Positions 50,512 to 64,000 of a DNA stretch of 64,000 bases are shown here, piece by piece. The stretch spans positions 42,160,001 through 42,224,000 of the forward strand of contig CM060734.1 of assembly GCA_030704615.1 (NCBI GenBank), read 5' to 3'. The position numbers were made by a program, and so were the translations under genes. Position 1 is the stretch's first letter, and the number at the start of each line of letters is the position of its first letter. Below the pieces are notes generated by a model. It was given only the letters and a program-made list of their open reading frames with translations. It did no database searches and was not told the origin of the DNA. The stretch is from Takakia lepidozioides. Taxonomy: Eukaryota > Plantae > Bryophyta.

Positions 50512-51795
50512 GTGTATGCTGGCCTCAACTGCTGGACCTTGTTCTAATTTCACATCCCACAGGAGTCCTAGTCCTTCATATCTACCTTTTTTCAGCCTTT
50601 TAAGAGCATTGGATTCTGGGAGTGTTTTGTTTGAGGGCGTTCACTTAGCATCAGATTTGTACTCCAAATTCTAACCAGAGCTAGCAGTCTGGATAGACCT
50701 TCCCTGCAGCAGGGTTGCTGATCAGTTTCAGCTGGGTTTAGAGAAGCAGATGAGTCCTAGCTTGCTTGCTTTCTGATTTGTTGTGAAGGTCGAGCTGCCT
50801 TATTTCATGGCCTTGGATCAGCTGGCTGCCAATGTAGTCTGGAGAACTTCCGGGTGGTGGACTTGTAGCCTAGAGCAGGTGAAATAATTTTAGTACTGGG
50901 GGGCAGTTGGACAGGACTACCGAGGATTGGGGATTAAACTCAAAATATATTAACTTTGTGTCTCTGATGGGCATTGTAATTAGGCCTCGTTTCTGTGACA
51001 CTGTCAAGATTGTCCAACTGCTGAGGCTTTCCTCACTCCACTCCACTCCATTGTCAACTGGATGCGACTGGGAATTTCAACTGAGGAAATGTGTCTCCTG
51101 TCAAGAAACATATTACACTGCTTGATTGGCAAAACTTCTTAATCACTATACAAGGAGTGAATGGTCAACAGAAAAGAACTGTAGCATGGTGGTCTCTCTA
51201 ACCACTCAATTTCCAGTAGTGGGTGTGAAGGTTGGGCAATGCTTTGGAGGCCCAAAGGATGACAGTGGCCAATATAAAACACTGCTCGTTCAAATCAGTC
51301 ACAGGCACCTAATTGAAAATGGCTGAGTGCTACCACTTCCATTTGTTCCAGACAATACATAGGAAAGGAACAAGGAAAGGTATGTGGGCTGCCTTGCTTT
51401 TTCCTGTGCTAAAATCGGGCAGTATGCAAAGAGCTTATGCTCACCATTGATTTGGCTAGGTTGTGGATGCATAGCCATCTTTGCCACTGGAGTGAACTTC
51501 AATCATCACCAGTTTGCATACATCTGAATCTTTGTTTTGCAAATATTGTGTTGCAGCTGATTTGCTTGCAGGTTTGACTCCATGCCACTCTAGCTGGACT
51601 CCTTGTCTTCTCTCAGATTTCCAGCTCGAATCAGGTTTCATTTTGCAAATGGGACCTTATTGGCTGTAAGAGGTATGAAAGTTCAACAGTGACAGTCACC
51701 TATTTACTGGAAGATGTTATACAGTCTTGTCTTAACAGTGAAATAGCAAAGAATCCAGAACTGAGCTTTTTTCTTGTTTTCTTGTTTTTACTTTT

Positions 51796-51972
51796 AAAGG
51801 GAAACACCCGGGAACGACCGCTCACAAATCAGGCCCCCTTAATTATAGTGAGAGAGTTATGTGAGAGGGCATGAGAAGGCTCAAGGGACCCCGCCCAAGA
51901 AGGGAGTAGTAGGCTTCAACCTAGAATCACCTGGGTGGCACTCAGTGCTCTATCCAACTGAGCTACCGCCTG
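51796..51972 (-). mobile_element. tRNA-derived SINE (best-preserved copy)
   Basis: Minus strand GGCGGTAGCTCAGTTGGATAGAGCAC (A box / D-arm), degenerate B box GGTTGAAGCC, and 3' GGGCCTGATTTGTGAGCGGTCG..TTTCCCTTT. Confidence 0.7.
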
Positions 51973-52901
51973 TTGGTAGCTTTTATGTGTGGGTAGAAGC
52001 AGATGCTGATCTTCCGAAGGGCAATTAGTACCATGCCTAATTATTCTTGGGGCAGTTTACAAGCCAGCAGTTTGCAGTTTGCAGTTGTGGCCCTCTGGCT
52101 GCAGTATGTTAACATAATAGTATGTTGTCCATTATAGCCTTCATCCACATTTGGCTCAGACAGCCAACCATCGACTTTGTTAGAGATTAGCATGCAAAAC
52201 TGAGAAATGGGTAAGTTGACACCCTGGTAGACTGGTGCGAGTTATCTCAATTTCTAGCTCACTAGTTTCCAGTTTCTTGTGCAGTTTTTGATGGCTAGTT
52301 TCGGAACCAATCACTGATACGCGCAAATATATGAGCCTAACCCCAGGAGTTTGGGCACTGGAGCAGTGATTTATTGCGAGTCTCTGTACAACAGTTTCCT
52401 GAACCTTTGTCTACCACTGGCACAGGTTATTGGCAATCTGCGGGCCATCCTTGCATGGCATTTGTGGGAATCCCCCACATTGCCTTGAATGTGCCCATTA
52501 GCTAACCATTACATGCTAAGGCGGGCATCATCTAGTACTACAGGTGTTGATGATTGCCACTTTCATTGCAAGATTTTCAAAAGTAGCCATTCAATCAACA
52601 ACCCATTTGGGATCCCACGCATGATTAACAGGTTCAATTTGTCTTACATGTCAAAATGCAACTGGTATCACAACTAAACGATCACAACTGGAGTTGTGCA
52701 AACTGGAGTTGATAAAAACTCAAGATCTGATGCCAAGGGTGGGAATAAAGCTGTTTTGAGAGTTTTCTTCTCAGCCATTTTCTGGCATGGAGGTTAGCAC
52801 TTCAGATATAATGTTTTCCTAAAATAATAATCTAATCTTGATTGTCTTAATTTGGCAAGGTTGGGCCATAACCATGAGCACCTGAAGCTGAATATTTAAC
52901 T

Positions 52902-55270
52902 TTAATCCCCAGGAAGGTAGAAAAGGATCAAATCCCCTAGCTTCTGTATATCTTTCCGAGTGAATAATGGTGATGAGTAGCTGAACGAGCAATGAGGGGG
53001 CCATCTCTTATGAAGGGAAAGATAGCCAAACAAGGTCCAGCCCCATGAACGGATGAACATACCGCATGATCTTTGACGTTCAGCGCTGTTGCTGCCTCAC
53101 CCAAGTCTTGGTCCACGGGATCAACGCCAAGAGAGAAAAGAGTCATTCGAATAGTGCCACTGGGGTGGAGTTGGGGAAATTTCATAGCTTGCACCATTAA
53201 AGCATTCAAATCCCCAATATCTGTGAAGTGTTTTCTGTTCTTCACTGCTTCATCAAACCCTTTGGAGCATTTTGCTGCAAGTTCCCAGAAGGACATGGAC
53301 TCAGAGGTATGTGTTGTCTTCATCATTGCTGCATTATAGAAACCTGGCAACCACAGAAGGAAGAGGTTTGTCATGATGGTTCACACTAATGCCTAGCTAG
53401 TTATAACGATGCTCATTCATTCACCAATCTGATTACCTTGTAGATGAGCCTTTTCCTCACTGCATATACTTAGCAGTACAGACCACAAGGTTTAGGTGAA
53501 AGCCACTTAGAAGTGTGGATTCCACATCATGCTTTCTAGCAGGATGTCGTGGCCAGCCCTCCACTCAAAACCCAATCAAACCTGTAACCAATGATAGATC
53601 AGCATTCATTATGCTAGACGAGTTTTCAGCTGATTTTCACACCCAGCTGGTTGCAACCCCGAAACCACCTCCAAAAGGGTTATAGGAGGGAGACTTCCAC
53701 AACTTGAATATGAGCCATGAGGGTCACCCACCAGACTAGTGACTAGGGAAGAAGCTCAAAATGTAATATCTCATGAGATGGCTACAATGTTGATGGGACG
53801 CACTGAGATTCTTACCAACTTGAGAGTTGGAAATGACAGGGTGCAGGAGGTGCCGGCAGTTTAACAGAACACCGGTCCCATACTGCTCCCCCTTGTTCCC
53901 AACTTTCTTGCATTCTGCAACTGCCTTCAGACCTGCAGCATGGCTCGCCCCAAACAAAGTTGATTTGTGCTGCTTACAATCCTGCATCCACATTATTGTG
54001 TGTCACTGCTTATTGAATGGTTTCATCTGAAGAACAACAGTCCAGAAATGTTGTGCATATGACTAATGCCACCTCAAGAGTGTGCCATGCAAAGGCATTT
54101 GGAACTTAGCAAATATTGACATTACTCACACCAGACACAACTTAGCAGCCCCTGTAGGAGATGGATCATAACATATGACAATTAGGGACAACACTCGCAT
54201 CTGCGGCAACAATTAGGGTATCTGTGGCAGATATTGTACCATTAAATCCTAGGGCTTTCTGCTGTCTTTAGGATGGCTCCTCTTGAAGGGCGCCAGCAAA
54301 ATTTCACTGTTATTCCTGTTGCACACTGGCTGTGGCTGGTTCAACCTTCATATAACTTCTCTTCCATCTGGAATATTCCATATGGGACTGTGGACCAAGT
54401 GGAAGTGACATCTTTACTTGATTTGAGCTAAAAGCTGTTACGGATCAACATATAAACCAACATGACAAGGGACATCAGTATTGACATCACCTTCACAAGC
54501 TCTTTGGTGAGCTGCGCTGTGAGAGCTGCACGAATGAGGCCGGAATTTCGGGTGTTGCTTGGATCCGCAAAAGGGAGATAAGCATGCCGCCGTGACGCCA
54601 AGCCGTAGCCCCCCACATCGACACCATGTGCCCATAAAGGCTTTCTAGCCTGCCCTCGAGGGATTGCGTCTTCCAAGGGAATGCTTCTTCGGCCAAGTCT
54701 TCCGAAATCTTTGTCTTTTCTAGTAATGCTTCGATGCTCTGCCCCGACTTTTCTGCCTGCTCAAACTCGTGCAAAGCTGTCAGAAACTCCCTAGCCATAA
54801 AGATTATATGCCAGTCTGCGGCGCGAGTGCGACGAAATACGAGGAGGGAGGATCCATTGGGCAGCTGATATAATGTTGCTTTTGAAACTGGGAAGGGCGT
54901 CTCTTCGGGAAAGGCAGTATTCATCTCTTCCTCCATAATCTGCACCCATTGCTCACCAGCAGCTTCAATCTCTTCACCATCAGCTCCCGGGTCCTCAGCT
55001 TCTATTTACGATCATCACACACACTTTCCTCGAAACCTTGTCACTACTCTTTGACCATAAGGTGTCATCCTTTTTTGTGATCTCTGATTGGAGGCGCGGC
55101 TGCCTAGCCAACAATTCCCCTCCAGCTGCCTCGACAAGAGGCAGGGTGAGATGCTTTCCAAACAGACGTCCTGTGACAGTGATGCCTGTGCCTGAACCCA
55201 CAACAGCACACCAATTTCTCTCCGATTTCCCTAGCGCTCTGTCCGGCGTTGCCAAGACTCGGGAGGCCAT
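52902..55270 (-). pseudogene. Plant condensation-domain / alcohol acetyltransferase-like (CoA-dependent acyltransferase) gene, frameshifted
   Basis: Exons 55270-54491, 53981-53816, 53343-52902. Motifs RALGKSERNWC..GTGITV, LEDAIPRGQARKPLWAHGVD, CSSVHGAGP. Frameshifts near 55000, 54675 and 52995, and a garbled HxxxD region. Confidence 0.75.
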
Positions 55271-58200
55271 GGTTCCCTCCTCCTTTCTCTTTCCCCTCAC
55301 AGACGAATTCGAAGAGAAGGGAGTAGTGCAAGAGTGGAGGGATGGTGAAAATCCTGCGATCGCAAATCAAAGAGAGCTCACGATACTCGGTTTGTCCCTT
55401 GGGTGTCTCCTTCCTTGTCTTCTATATCCAGGACACTCATGTCTCCCCCAAAGATACTCTTCTCTCTTTAAAATATTTTCTCTTTGTGGACTCCAATCTG
55501 CCTAACTCCGCCTCTATCTGTCAAAGTGCCCATGTCACCACTTTGCAAGTTCCGCTTCTTGTCTCTCTCCCTCTGGAAGCCCCGGAAGGAAGAAAGTCTT
55601 CCGATGGAGTCGGAACAGCAGCAGACGAGATCACCATTGCTCACGGCATCTGACACAGACACGCCACTCCAAAAGACCCTTCTCAAGACCAATATTCCCT
55701 CTGATTTCGGAGAGTTTTCCGGCTTCTTCGGTTGTGGCCCACACTGGCTACCACTAATCTTTGCTCACCCAGTCAGTCATTACAGACACATTAAGGCCCT
55801 CATACCTTCATTACTCACTCTAATAAGTACGCTGCCCATGTGCCCACCATGCAAATCTTGCTATGGGCAATATTCCAGTGCACCCATGGTGTGTTGTAAG
55901 AACCATGTGGCCATTCACCTTACAAGCAGATCCGCCCATACAATTTGAATGGACCTAAAATCCATCTTAGACCTCTGATCTCTCTTCTAAGCTCATTATA
56001 GGAACCCTTCAGATGAGCTCTCATTAGCACCTAACCTCAAAACACCATCATATTACTTTTGCCTCCTCTCATAGTTTGTAAGGTGAAGAAAAGGTCCCTG
56101 CACATACTTATTAGCACCCCGCTGCAGCGGAAGAGCTTAGAGAAGCAAGGCTAACTTACCAGCTTCTTGCAAAGATCTTGTACCACCTGTTCCTTACAGT
56201 CAGACCATGAATGATCAGTTGATTGTTGAATCCTCCACCTCCACCTCCACTTCAGCACTCCCTGTGATAAGAATCTGGTCCACAAACTCTGTGATTGTCA
56301 CTGACAACTGGTACATTTTGCAGGCAGGGCGTTTGCTGAGGATTCTATTATACATCTCATGAACGCGACTGCTCATGCACGTCCAAAGTCTCACCCTTTT
56401 TTCTCTATAGGGGGCATCTTGTCATGTCAGTTTGGAGTCTTGGATTAGTCAATCAACACGACAATGCAAGACTTAGGTGAAGGCACTCGCATTTGAAACT
56501 TTACAATACAACAGACCAACTGGGTTTATACTTTATACCCCTTATTTTACTGGCTCTCTTCTAGAAGAGATAAGACGATAAAGTGTCTTTAACGTCCAAT
56601 GAGTTGAGAGACTTTGCATCATGTTGAAGTCAATGGAGAAAATGTGCGCAAAGAACCTTGCACCATGTTAAGACTCCCATTGATGTGTTGTGATGAATCA
56701 TGTCCCCTTTAGACTACAGACCAAGAAACCTCTAGACCAATTTGCTTCAAATTGGTTCGAAATATTGGTCTCTAGATGCATATTAAAGTATTAGTATCCT
56801 AGGGACCAAAGTGGGTGTGTGTGTAAAGGCATTGGGGCCAAGACTAGGACCAAGAAACTTAAAATGAGGTGTATCAACTTCGGTTCATCTTTCCCACTTG
56901 ACATTCAAGATCAATTCCAACGGACGGTCAAGATCATTTGAGAAAAATATTGTTCAATGTCTCCCATTTTGCTCCAAGGTCCAAGAATTGGTCCTCCAAA
57001 CTACATGGATTCCTTTCTTGGTCCCTACCCCTATAAAGAGCAATCTCCCGCCATAATCATCGCCACTCCGACGCCATGTCATTCCTAACCATGTTGGTCT
57101 TCCCAAAGTGTAAAGCCAATATGACCAGGAAAATGCCCTCGTCCAAAGACCAACTGTCATAGGTCTTTGTACTCTTCCCTTCCACTACAATGGAGGCATG
57201 TATTGTAACAATGCAACTCTGATTCATGGCTGCAGCCTTGTGTTCTCCTCCTACAGGAAATCAAATATGACAACTTGATCAGATCGGCTGCAAGGACAAC
57301 TTACAGAAATAAAAGAAAAAATGCAAGTGCATTAGAATTTTCATTTCGTCAACTATTTTTCTTTTCAAACATTGATAAGAAAAAGTATGAGAATTTTAGG
57401 AGCGCGATGTAGCTCCGGGGTTTGAAGTGAGAGAGATCAAGGGAGAGAAAGAGACGTTCAACGGATCGTCTCCATCGTCACCATGGATTCTCAAAGTTCT
57501 GATGCTACTCTTCCCCTGAATCTTTCGCGCTATCCTTCATCTTGGTTCGCAACCTCCCGTTTTGAACAATTTTTCACCTGCGATACATCTTTGTGAACTT
57601 CCTTCCTTCCTTCCGAACTATCTTCCATGCCGTTTCCCCTAACTCTATGCCATTTCAGGGCCTTGATTTATCACCTTCATTAATCTCAACCGCGTCTGTA
57701 CCTCCACCCCTCACAAACTCTCAACCTCCGGTCCTCCTCTCATTGATGCAACTTAGCTTTAAAAGTATGATCTTCATACCCGGATTCTCGTTCATATATT
57801 GATAGCCACCAGAATGAAGTTCCCCATCATGCATTGACTTTGCACATTGGCCTGTTAAAGTAGCCACATAGCTGGCTACTAAGGTGCAGGATTGACAATC
57901 CATATTATATCCACAAATCTCAACTGCGCAAGGTGGTGCATTTAAAGGGATTATTGTTACATTAATATCCACCACGATTCACAAAATAAGCAATTACTGC
58001 CGTGCACTCTGCAATCATCGGGCTAGCTCTAGAAGTTTCACAGACAAGCTGAGACTGTGCTCCTGATACAACCACCACCTGCGCACAAACTCAAAGGCGA
58101 TATTTCCTTGGACATCGAGACCAAATCTTTGACTCTTTTCTCATGGCTGGAACAAGGAATCACCCAAATTTGTGATGTATAAAACATATTAATATTGTTA

Positions 58201-59519
58201 AGCAGTTTAGGTGCCTACACGACAAACAAACAAGTCATGACTCATTTCAGTAAGCGACATATATCCACATCAACATCCAGTATGAGATGGGTAGAAGACT
58301 CATCGTGACAAATGACCTAATTTGATGCCAATTGAAATCGGAGCAACCATAACGAAACTTGCAAAAGTAGTAGAAATGAGGTAGAAATATAAAGTATATA
58401 TGTGGAGGGGATTCAAACCAGTAGCACAAGAAACAACAGATAGACACCAAAATTGATCAAATCAACTCCCGGTAGTGCCATGATCGTTTTCATCAAGAAC
58501 TTCGAATAAATGCACCTGCAAGAAAATGTGGGCATGTTATCAGCTCAAATATTGTAGACCTACTGACGAGCTGCTGACATGCTATATATCAGCTAGAATC
58601 TCAGCTGTACTGACAACTAATAAATGTTGTTGGTAGTCACCGTAAAATCTCGCAAACCTCGAGGCATTGCCCACATACCGTCTCAAAGCAAAGACAAGTT
58701 GGGCTTGTGAGAGTAGAGCGCTTAGTGCAAACTCTAGAAAGGGAATGAAGACTTGGATATGAGGTATTGTGTAATGTATATATAACTTAACGCTTTTTGC
58801 CTCATATATGCCAGTCCACATGAGTCATACATTTGCATGGGCTTCCTTCTCTCGTTAAACCCCTAAGCGCCCAGTGGATAAAGTTTGAATTTCTTGCTAA
58901 AAATGACCCCCAAGGTGAAAAATCAAAATAACTACCTGAAAAAATAAATTTATCAAATTTGACCACACAAGTGCCTAAGAGTGTTGCTCGGATATTTGAT
59001 TCAGCCTCAAATACCCGGTGGGTCCCAACCCGGATATATATATATATATATATATGGATCTGCCGAGGGTCAAAAAATCAAATATCCGCCTACGATAAGA
59101 ACCGCCGGATCTGAAAAGATGGGATAACCGGATCCGGTTGAGAACCGGTGATTTTGTATTTTATTTTGATTTGATTTGGACTACACTAGTGGCCAAAAGA
59201 AGCAGGTTAAGAACCCATATATCCCGCATTGAAAACCAGAGGTTATAATCTGGATAATAGCCGGTTATTCGTTCACTTGACATAAAGAAGGTGGGCCATA
59301 GTCATGAGCTAACTTGTCTTCATTTCATTTCTACTCATCACGTTCAGAGGGGCACATTTCAAAGGGGCACGCGTTTTTTCATTAGTATTTTTAGTACGTT
59401 CAATGTTTAGTTTGGGTTATTTTATGTTATTAAAATGGAACTAGATTTGTTTGATAACCGGATACTGAACCGCCGGAGGCCATCCTGACATAAACTCCAT
59501 TTGTCCATAACCGCATAGG

Positions 59520-60660
59520 GTTAAGTTTTGTATTTGTTGCTAAGACACCAACCCATAGGCTCAATATATTACCTATTTACGGACAGAATGGTCTCTCTCT
59601 ACCTCCTCACCAATCAAATCCTCAAACCTTCTACACAAATACACCATCCAGACCTTAACTTTATTAAAGCAATCATTGATGTTACTTCATCCCTCCCGCC
59701 ACAAATCCATATACATAAAGTTCGCTCCCATACACACATATTAGGAAATGACATAGCAGATCAGATGGCTTAGCTCGGCTCCATGTAGCCTTCTATAAAT
59801 CCCTTAAATGATCCTATTCACTTAGCACACGCATATCCATATCCTTGTCTCAACTACGGCGAAATTCCCTGCTATCGCATCTATACGAGATCTATACACA
59901 TATGTCACAAAGAAACCAAACAACAATTCCAAGCATCCCCCACCTACAAAAAACATACATATCAAAATGGGTATCTGCCCCACACCTAGTGCATGCCATT
60001 TTCAACCACTTTTGGACCTCTCCTATAATTACTAATGCCCAAATCAGACAAACACTACGATTCTGATATGGCCAATACATGGGTAATCAAAGAAGAAAAC
60101 TATTATGGGCTTTACTATACCCTAACAAGCATTACATATTAAGCCATGCACAGCCCCCGGAAGTGGACACATGGCCACACCTGCTTCTCCATTGTAAGCA
60201 CCCCATACTCCAGGGATTACATATAACCGGACATAACCAAGGAGTTTGGCATCTCCAAAAACTTCTTTTGTGGCATCCTAAATCCAGATGGTTTCTCATC
60301 AATGCAGGTACGGTTCAAGGTAACCCACCGGACCACACAAATACCTCCATGGCTCATACCCTGCACATGTTTTTATATCCCATGTCTTTGTCTAGCAAGG
60401 TTATGCCCTGATATTCTACTTATCGATGGACTACATCTTTCATACCAACAGGTTCACACCCCTCCCTCACCATTCATATAATAGAATTTATATTTTGTCA
60501 TGATAGAGACCATAACCCATCAATTATGTATAAACGTGAAAAAATATGAACCGCTCATCTTAGCCCTTGGTACCCATGGATGGAACATTGTCCCTTTGAC
60601 TACCATTACCGCTCGTGTCAGAGGAGGAGCACATTGCCTGTAACACCCAGGATCTGCACA
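59520..60660 (+). mobile_element. Degenerate non-LTR retrotransposon with RNase H, CCHC knuckle and restriction-like endonuclease (Dualen/RandI-like)
   Basis: YLFTD..HKVRSHTHILGNDIAD (RNase H), DTWPHLLLHC..HN (knuckle) and RLCPDILLIDG..IHIIEF.FC.D..KYEPLI..GW (PD-E RLE). Many frameshifts. Confidence 0.7.
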
Positions 60661-60664
60661 AACT

Positions 60665-61251
60665 TGTCATGCACCTAAGCATCGTGCCACAACATACATC
60701 GTTGTCCACCACACAATCTAAAGCACACAATCCTAGAAAACTATACCACAATGATAAGAGATGAGAAATGAGAGAAGTGGAAGACAATGAAAGCACTCAA
60801 AGCATGAAGCAATCACTAAGAACAAGCCCTAGTCCTTCCAAGTGAAATCCACTCTATCACATAAACTAAGTCAAGCCAAGGGCACCCTTGCTAAGGGAAT
60901 CCACCCTACAAAGCCCTCAACACACTCCCTCTCAATACCTAGAGCTATGGAGGTGAGAGAGGCTCATGGAGGCTCAACTACAAGAAGATGAGCCTCCTCC
61001 ATCGTCACAAGGGGAAAACCTATCCCCATGTCCCAAGTGAGGCTCGACACCTCACTTGGCATGTGAGACCCAATGAAGTCCCAACACACAAAATATAGAT
61101 ATCTAAAATGTCCTAGTTAACTAGAAGTAGGTAATTCTAGATAACCATCACTAAAACCATGACAGCTGTCGTGCACCTAAGCATCGTGCCACAACATACA
61201 TCACTGTCCACCACACAATCTAAGCACACAATCCTAGAAAGCTATACCACA
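60665..61251 (-). repeat. 3' LTR of Gypsy element 2 (A-B-A)
   Basis: TG..CA ends with the same PPT AGGGGGGCGAT adjacent. 60665-60751 is repeated at 61167-61251. Confidence 0.8.
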
Positions 61252-62202
61252 ATCGCCCCCCTAGCCGGTGATTAGGTCCCTCTAACACCAGATAGCTGAC
61301 AAGTATCCATCCCAATAAGATCATCGTCTAGTCATCAATCGCCCAAGTCCCACTATCTGAAGTCAATAGATCAAGAGGCCGGGTGCAAAAGTAGCCCCAT
61401 CGTTACTCGTCTTCTTGCAATCCATGGCTTCAATTGGGTGTCCATGGCATCTAACTCTCGTTAGCTAGACCTTGGATCACTTGTCAACCTCGCCACTGTC
61501 ATGCCCCACTACCTTTGTCCAAGGCATCGTGGACACAACCATTCTCTATTAGGAACCTCCTCAAGTGGCGATGTCAAGCATCCCATGTGCCACCCCCTTG
61601 AGCATTTGTCACACACCAACGTGGTCGCGGCACCCCCAGCATGCCCACATAGCATGCAACGCAACCCCGCAGGTACCATTGCAAGGTTGGGATCTATCCT
61701 CCTATCCACATGTGGAAGGTGACATGGCGCACAATTGCGCACATGGTCCTTCCATACCATGCCATCTCGACCTTCCAGAATCAACACTCCTGAAGGCAAC
61801 ACCTCCCGGACCCTTAGAATCACACGACTTGCTGTGACATCCAAGGTCATAGGCGCTGTCTGCTGCAGATACACATAGTTCCCAGGATGGAAACGCCAAA
61901 CACCCGGCCCCTCCACGTATAGTGACGTACCTCAATGTGTCTTGGCACCATCTCCTCATCCGTCTCACCATGCCAACGAGCTCATGTATCATCAAGCTCA
62001 CTTATGCATGGATTGCGACTCAATCCATCCGCATCTCGGTTGACTATTCCGGCTCGATGCACCACCTAGAAGTCGTACTCTTGAAGCATAAGTGCCCACC
62101 GTGCAAGCTTCCATGTAAGCTTGTCTGACTCCATCAACCACTTCAATGGTTGGTGATCCATGACAATGGTGAAGAGATTGCCATAGAGGTAGCATCTAAA
62201 AT
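60665..62202 (-). mobile_element. Second Gypsy-PHD element, internally deleted and cut by a CACTA insertion
   Basis: Integrase C-terminus plus PHD finger (CMLC..CDKC..WHMGC..WLCPRC) at 61509-61916, joined directly to an RNase H fragment at ~62000-62200. Confidence 0.88.
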
Positions 62203-63070
62203 CACTAGAAGAAAAACGCGGAATAACCACTGGCCCCCTTAACCACTCTTGTCTTTTACCACTCTATAACTCACTCTAAGTAATGGTAACCACTGGCCAG
62301 TGGTTAATTCCAATGAAATGCCACGGTGGCATCATATGGAGTGGTTGGAAGTGGTTTCAACCACTAAGTAATCAACGTGTAATATTTAATTTTATATTTA
62401 TTATTCGTCATTTGGTCAAATATTTATATTAATAATGATAATATCCGACATGGACGGGTACAGTGATAAATTATGAGTGGTTAATGACACCTCAGTGATG
62501 GGAAGTGGTTGAAACCACTTTCTACTCCACGTGTAATAATTTTTTTTTTTTAGATTTTTATTATTTCAAAATATATTATTCCACGTGGACGAGGATAGTA
62601 TACGTAGATCTGGAGTGGTTAAAGACCCCCCAGTGATTGGCACCACTTGCACAGTGGTGGAATGTGAGTGGTTAAGACCCTTTTGTAACTGGAACACTCT
62701 TCAAGTGGGCATTTGTGAGTGGTTATATACACGTGAGTGATTGGTACCACTTCTGTGGTGGGTTGTGAATGGTTGAAGACACCTGAGTGATGGGAGGTGA
62801 TTGAAACCACTTGCTACTCCACGTAAAATAATTCAATTTTTATTTAAGATTTATCATTTCGAAATATATTTTAATTATGAACTATATTATTCTACGTGGA
62901 CTGGGACAATATACGTAGATCTGGAGTGGTTAAAGACCCCCATTGATTGGTACCACTTTGAGAGTGGTGTAGAGTGAGTGGTTACAGACCATTTAGTAAC
63001 TGGAACCTCGGCCAGTGGTTACGCATGAGTGATTACATACACACCAGTGATTGGTATTACTTCTGTGGTG
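62203..63070. mobile_element. CACTA/EnSpm element left end with subterminal repeats; the element may continue beyond the window
   Basis: CACTAGAAGAAAAA terminus at 62203 interrupts the Gypsy RNase H. Dense AACCACT/AGTGGTT repeats and duplicated ~300-bp blocks follow. Confidence 0.8.
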
Positions 63071-64000
63071 ATACATGAAAAACTTTAGTGGTTTGTGTGT
63101 TGATGGAAAATCCAAAATCCATCCATGTATCGCTACATTCATCCATCCAATCATGAGTAGAGGGGACTTAGCGTTTTTTTTGTCTTCCCTGCCACTGTTG
63201 CATCTGTTTGTTTTCTTTGTGTCGAGTTTGATCGTGAGAGACAAACATGACAGAGCTATGTTTGTTTTCTTATAGTGTCAAGTCTAATCATGAGAGACGA
63301 CGAGCGAGTTGTAGGGGCAGACAGGGACTCAAGACCTAAAATCGGGGCATGAAGGTGTGCACGATGGTGCCCGGGGGGTGCACCAAGGGTTAATGTACCT
63401 ATCACGTGCGTGAACAGAAGGGGGTTAATTAAATACCCCCACATACAGACTATGTATATTGAAAGGGTGTGAATAATTCATGATATATATATATGTTTAT
63501 TTATTTATTTATATTTATATTTATATTTTTATATTTGAGGGTCAGTTACATGTTTGGGTGTATAGTGTACTGGTAAGGTCTCTAATTACGTGCCGTGACA
63601 TCGCGTGATCAAGTACCTTTTGCGTTTTTCTTTTTTGCGTCGTTTCTCTTTTTCGCCTCGCTCGCTAAGCCCTATCTTCCGCTGCGCTGTGCACTCTCAC
63701 CTTTCGTTGTGCTTCTTCCTCATGTTTATCAGGTTCTTGGGAGGTCTTAGCAGGCCGTGTGTCAATCGGCGTCTGCTCAGCTGCACCGTGGTGGAGGCGT
63801 GGTGGTTCTCACAGAGCGATCCGACAGTACCTGACTACAGACACAAGCAGCACACACAAGAGGTCCTTTTGGATTGATGGTTGATCAAATCCTCCATGGG
63901 TCATGACACAAGGTCAAGGACAATGTGGTGAGGGCAGCTTCTTCTTTCATCTATTTCGACCTGTTTTTCCCTCTCATCAGACTCGGCCCTGAGATGCATA

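Noticed and set aside
51900-51972. tRNA gene
   Set aside because: No intact acceptor stem or T-arm, and it continues into the SINE body.
56670-57200. Tourist-like MITE
   Set aside because: The terminal inverted match is too weak and there is no clear TSD.
59010-59480. CCGGAT/AACCG-rich tract as a hAT-like element
   Set aside because: It resembles subterminal repeats, but no TIR pair or TSD could be defined.
62220-63070. CRISPR-like repeat array
   Set aside because: Irregular, degenerate repeats in both orientations next to a CACTA terminus. Eukaryotic context and no cas genes.

Overview
Eukaryotic nuclear DNA with spliceosomal GT-AG introns. It is most consistent with a non-seed land plant that has flagellated sperm and RNA editing (axonemal dynein plus a DYW-type PPR), i.e. 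a bryophyte, lycophyte or fern; the taxon is inferred. Two host genes look intact: a dienelactone-hydrolase-family gene (9672-12709, +) and a bark-storage-protein-like nucleoside-phosphorylase-fold gene (14782-18693, -). Four are broken: a dynein heavy chain lacking its whole AAA motor, a PPR-DYW gene, an intronless RhoGDI copy and a condensation/acyltransferase-like gene. The rest is mostly nested transposons. The main discovery candidate is an ~11.9 kb Mutator-like insertion (31931-43850, 9-bp TSD CCACTTGGA) inside a Ty3/Gypsy integrase. Besides a GCM-like/MULE/SWIM transposase, it carries two diverged, intron-containing genes for a prokaryotic-type beta-class N4C/N6A DNA methyltransferase-like protein. 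One of these is in frame with a transposase-type GCM-like DNA-binding domain. Also present: Gypsy elements with a PHD finger at the integrase C-terminus and A-B-A LTRs, a Dualen/RandI-like LINE remnant, and hAT, Tc1/mariner, Harbinger, CACTA, piggyBac-like, SINE and foldback elements. All family assignments are by-eye motif recognition; no database search was run.
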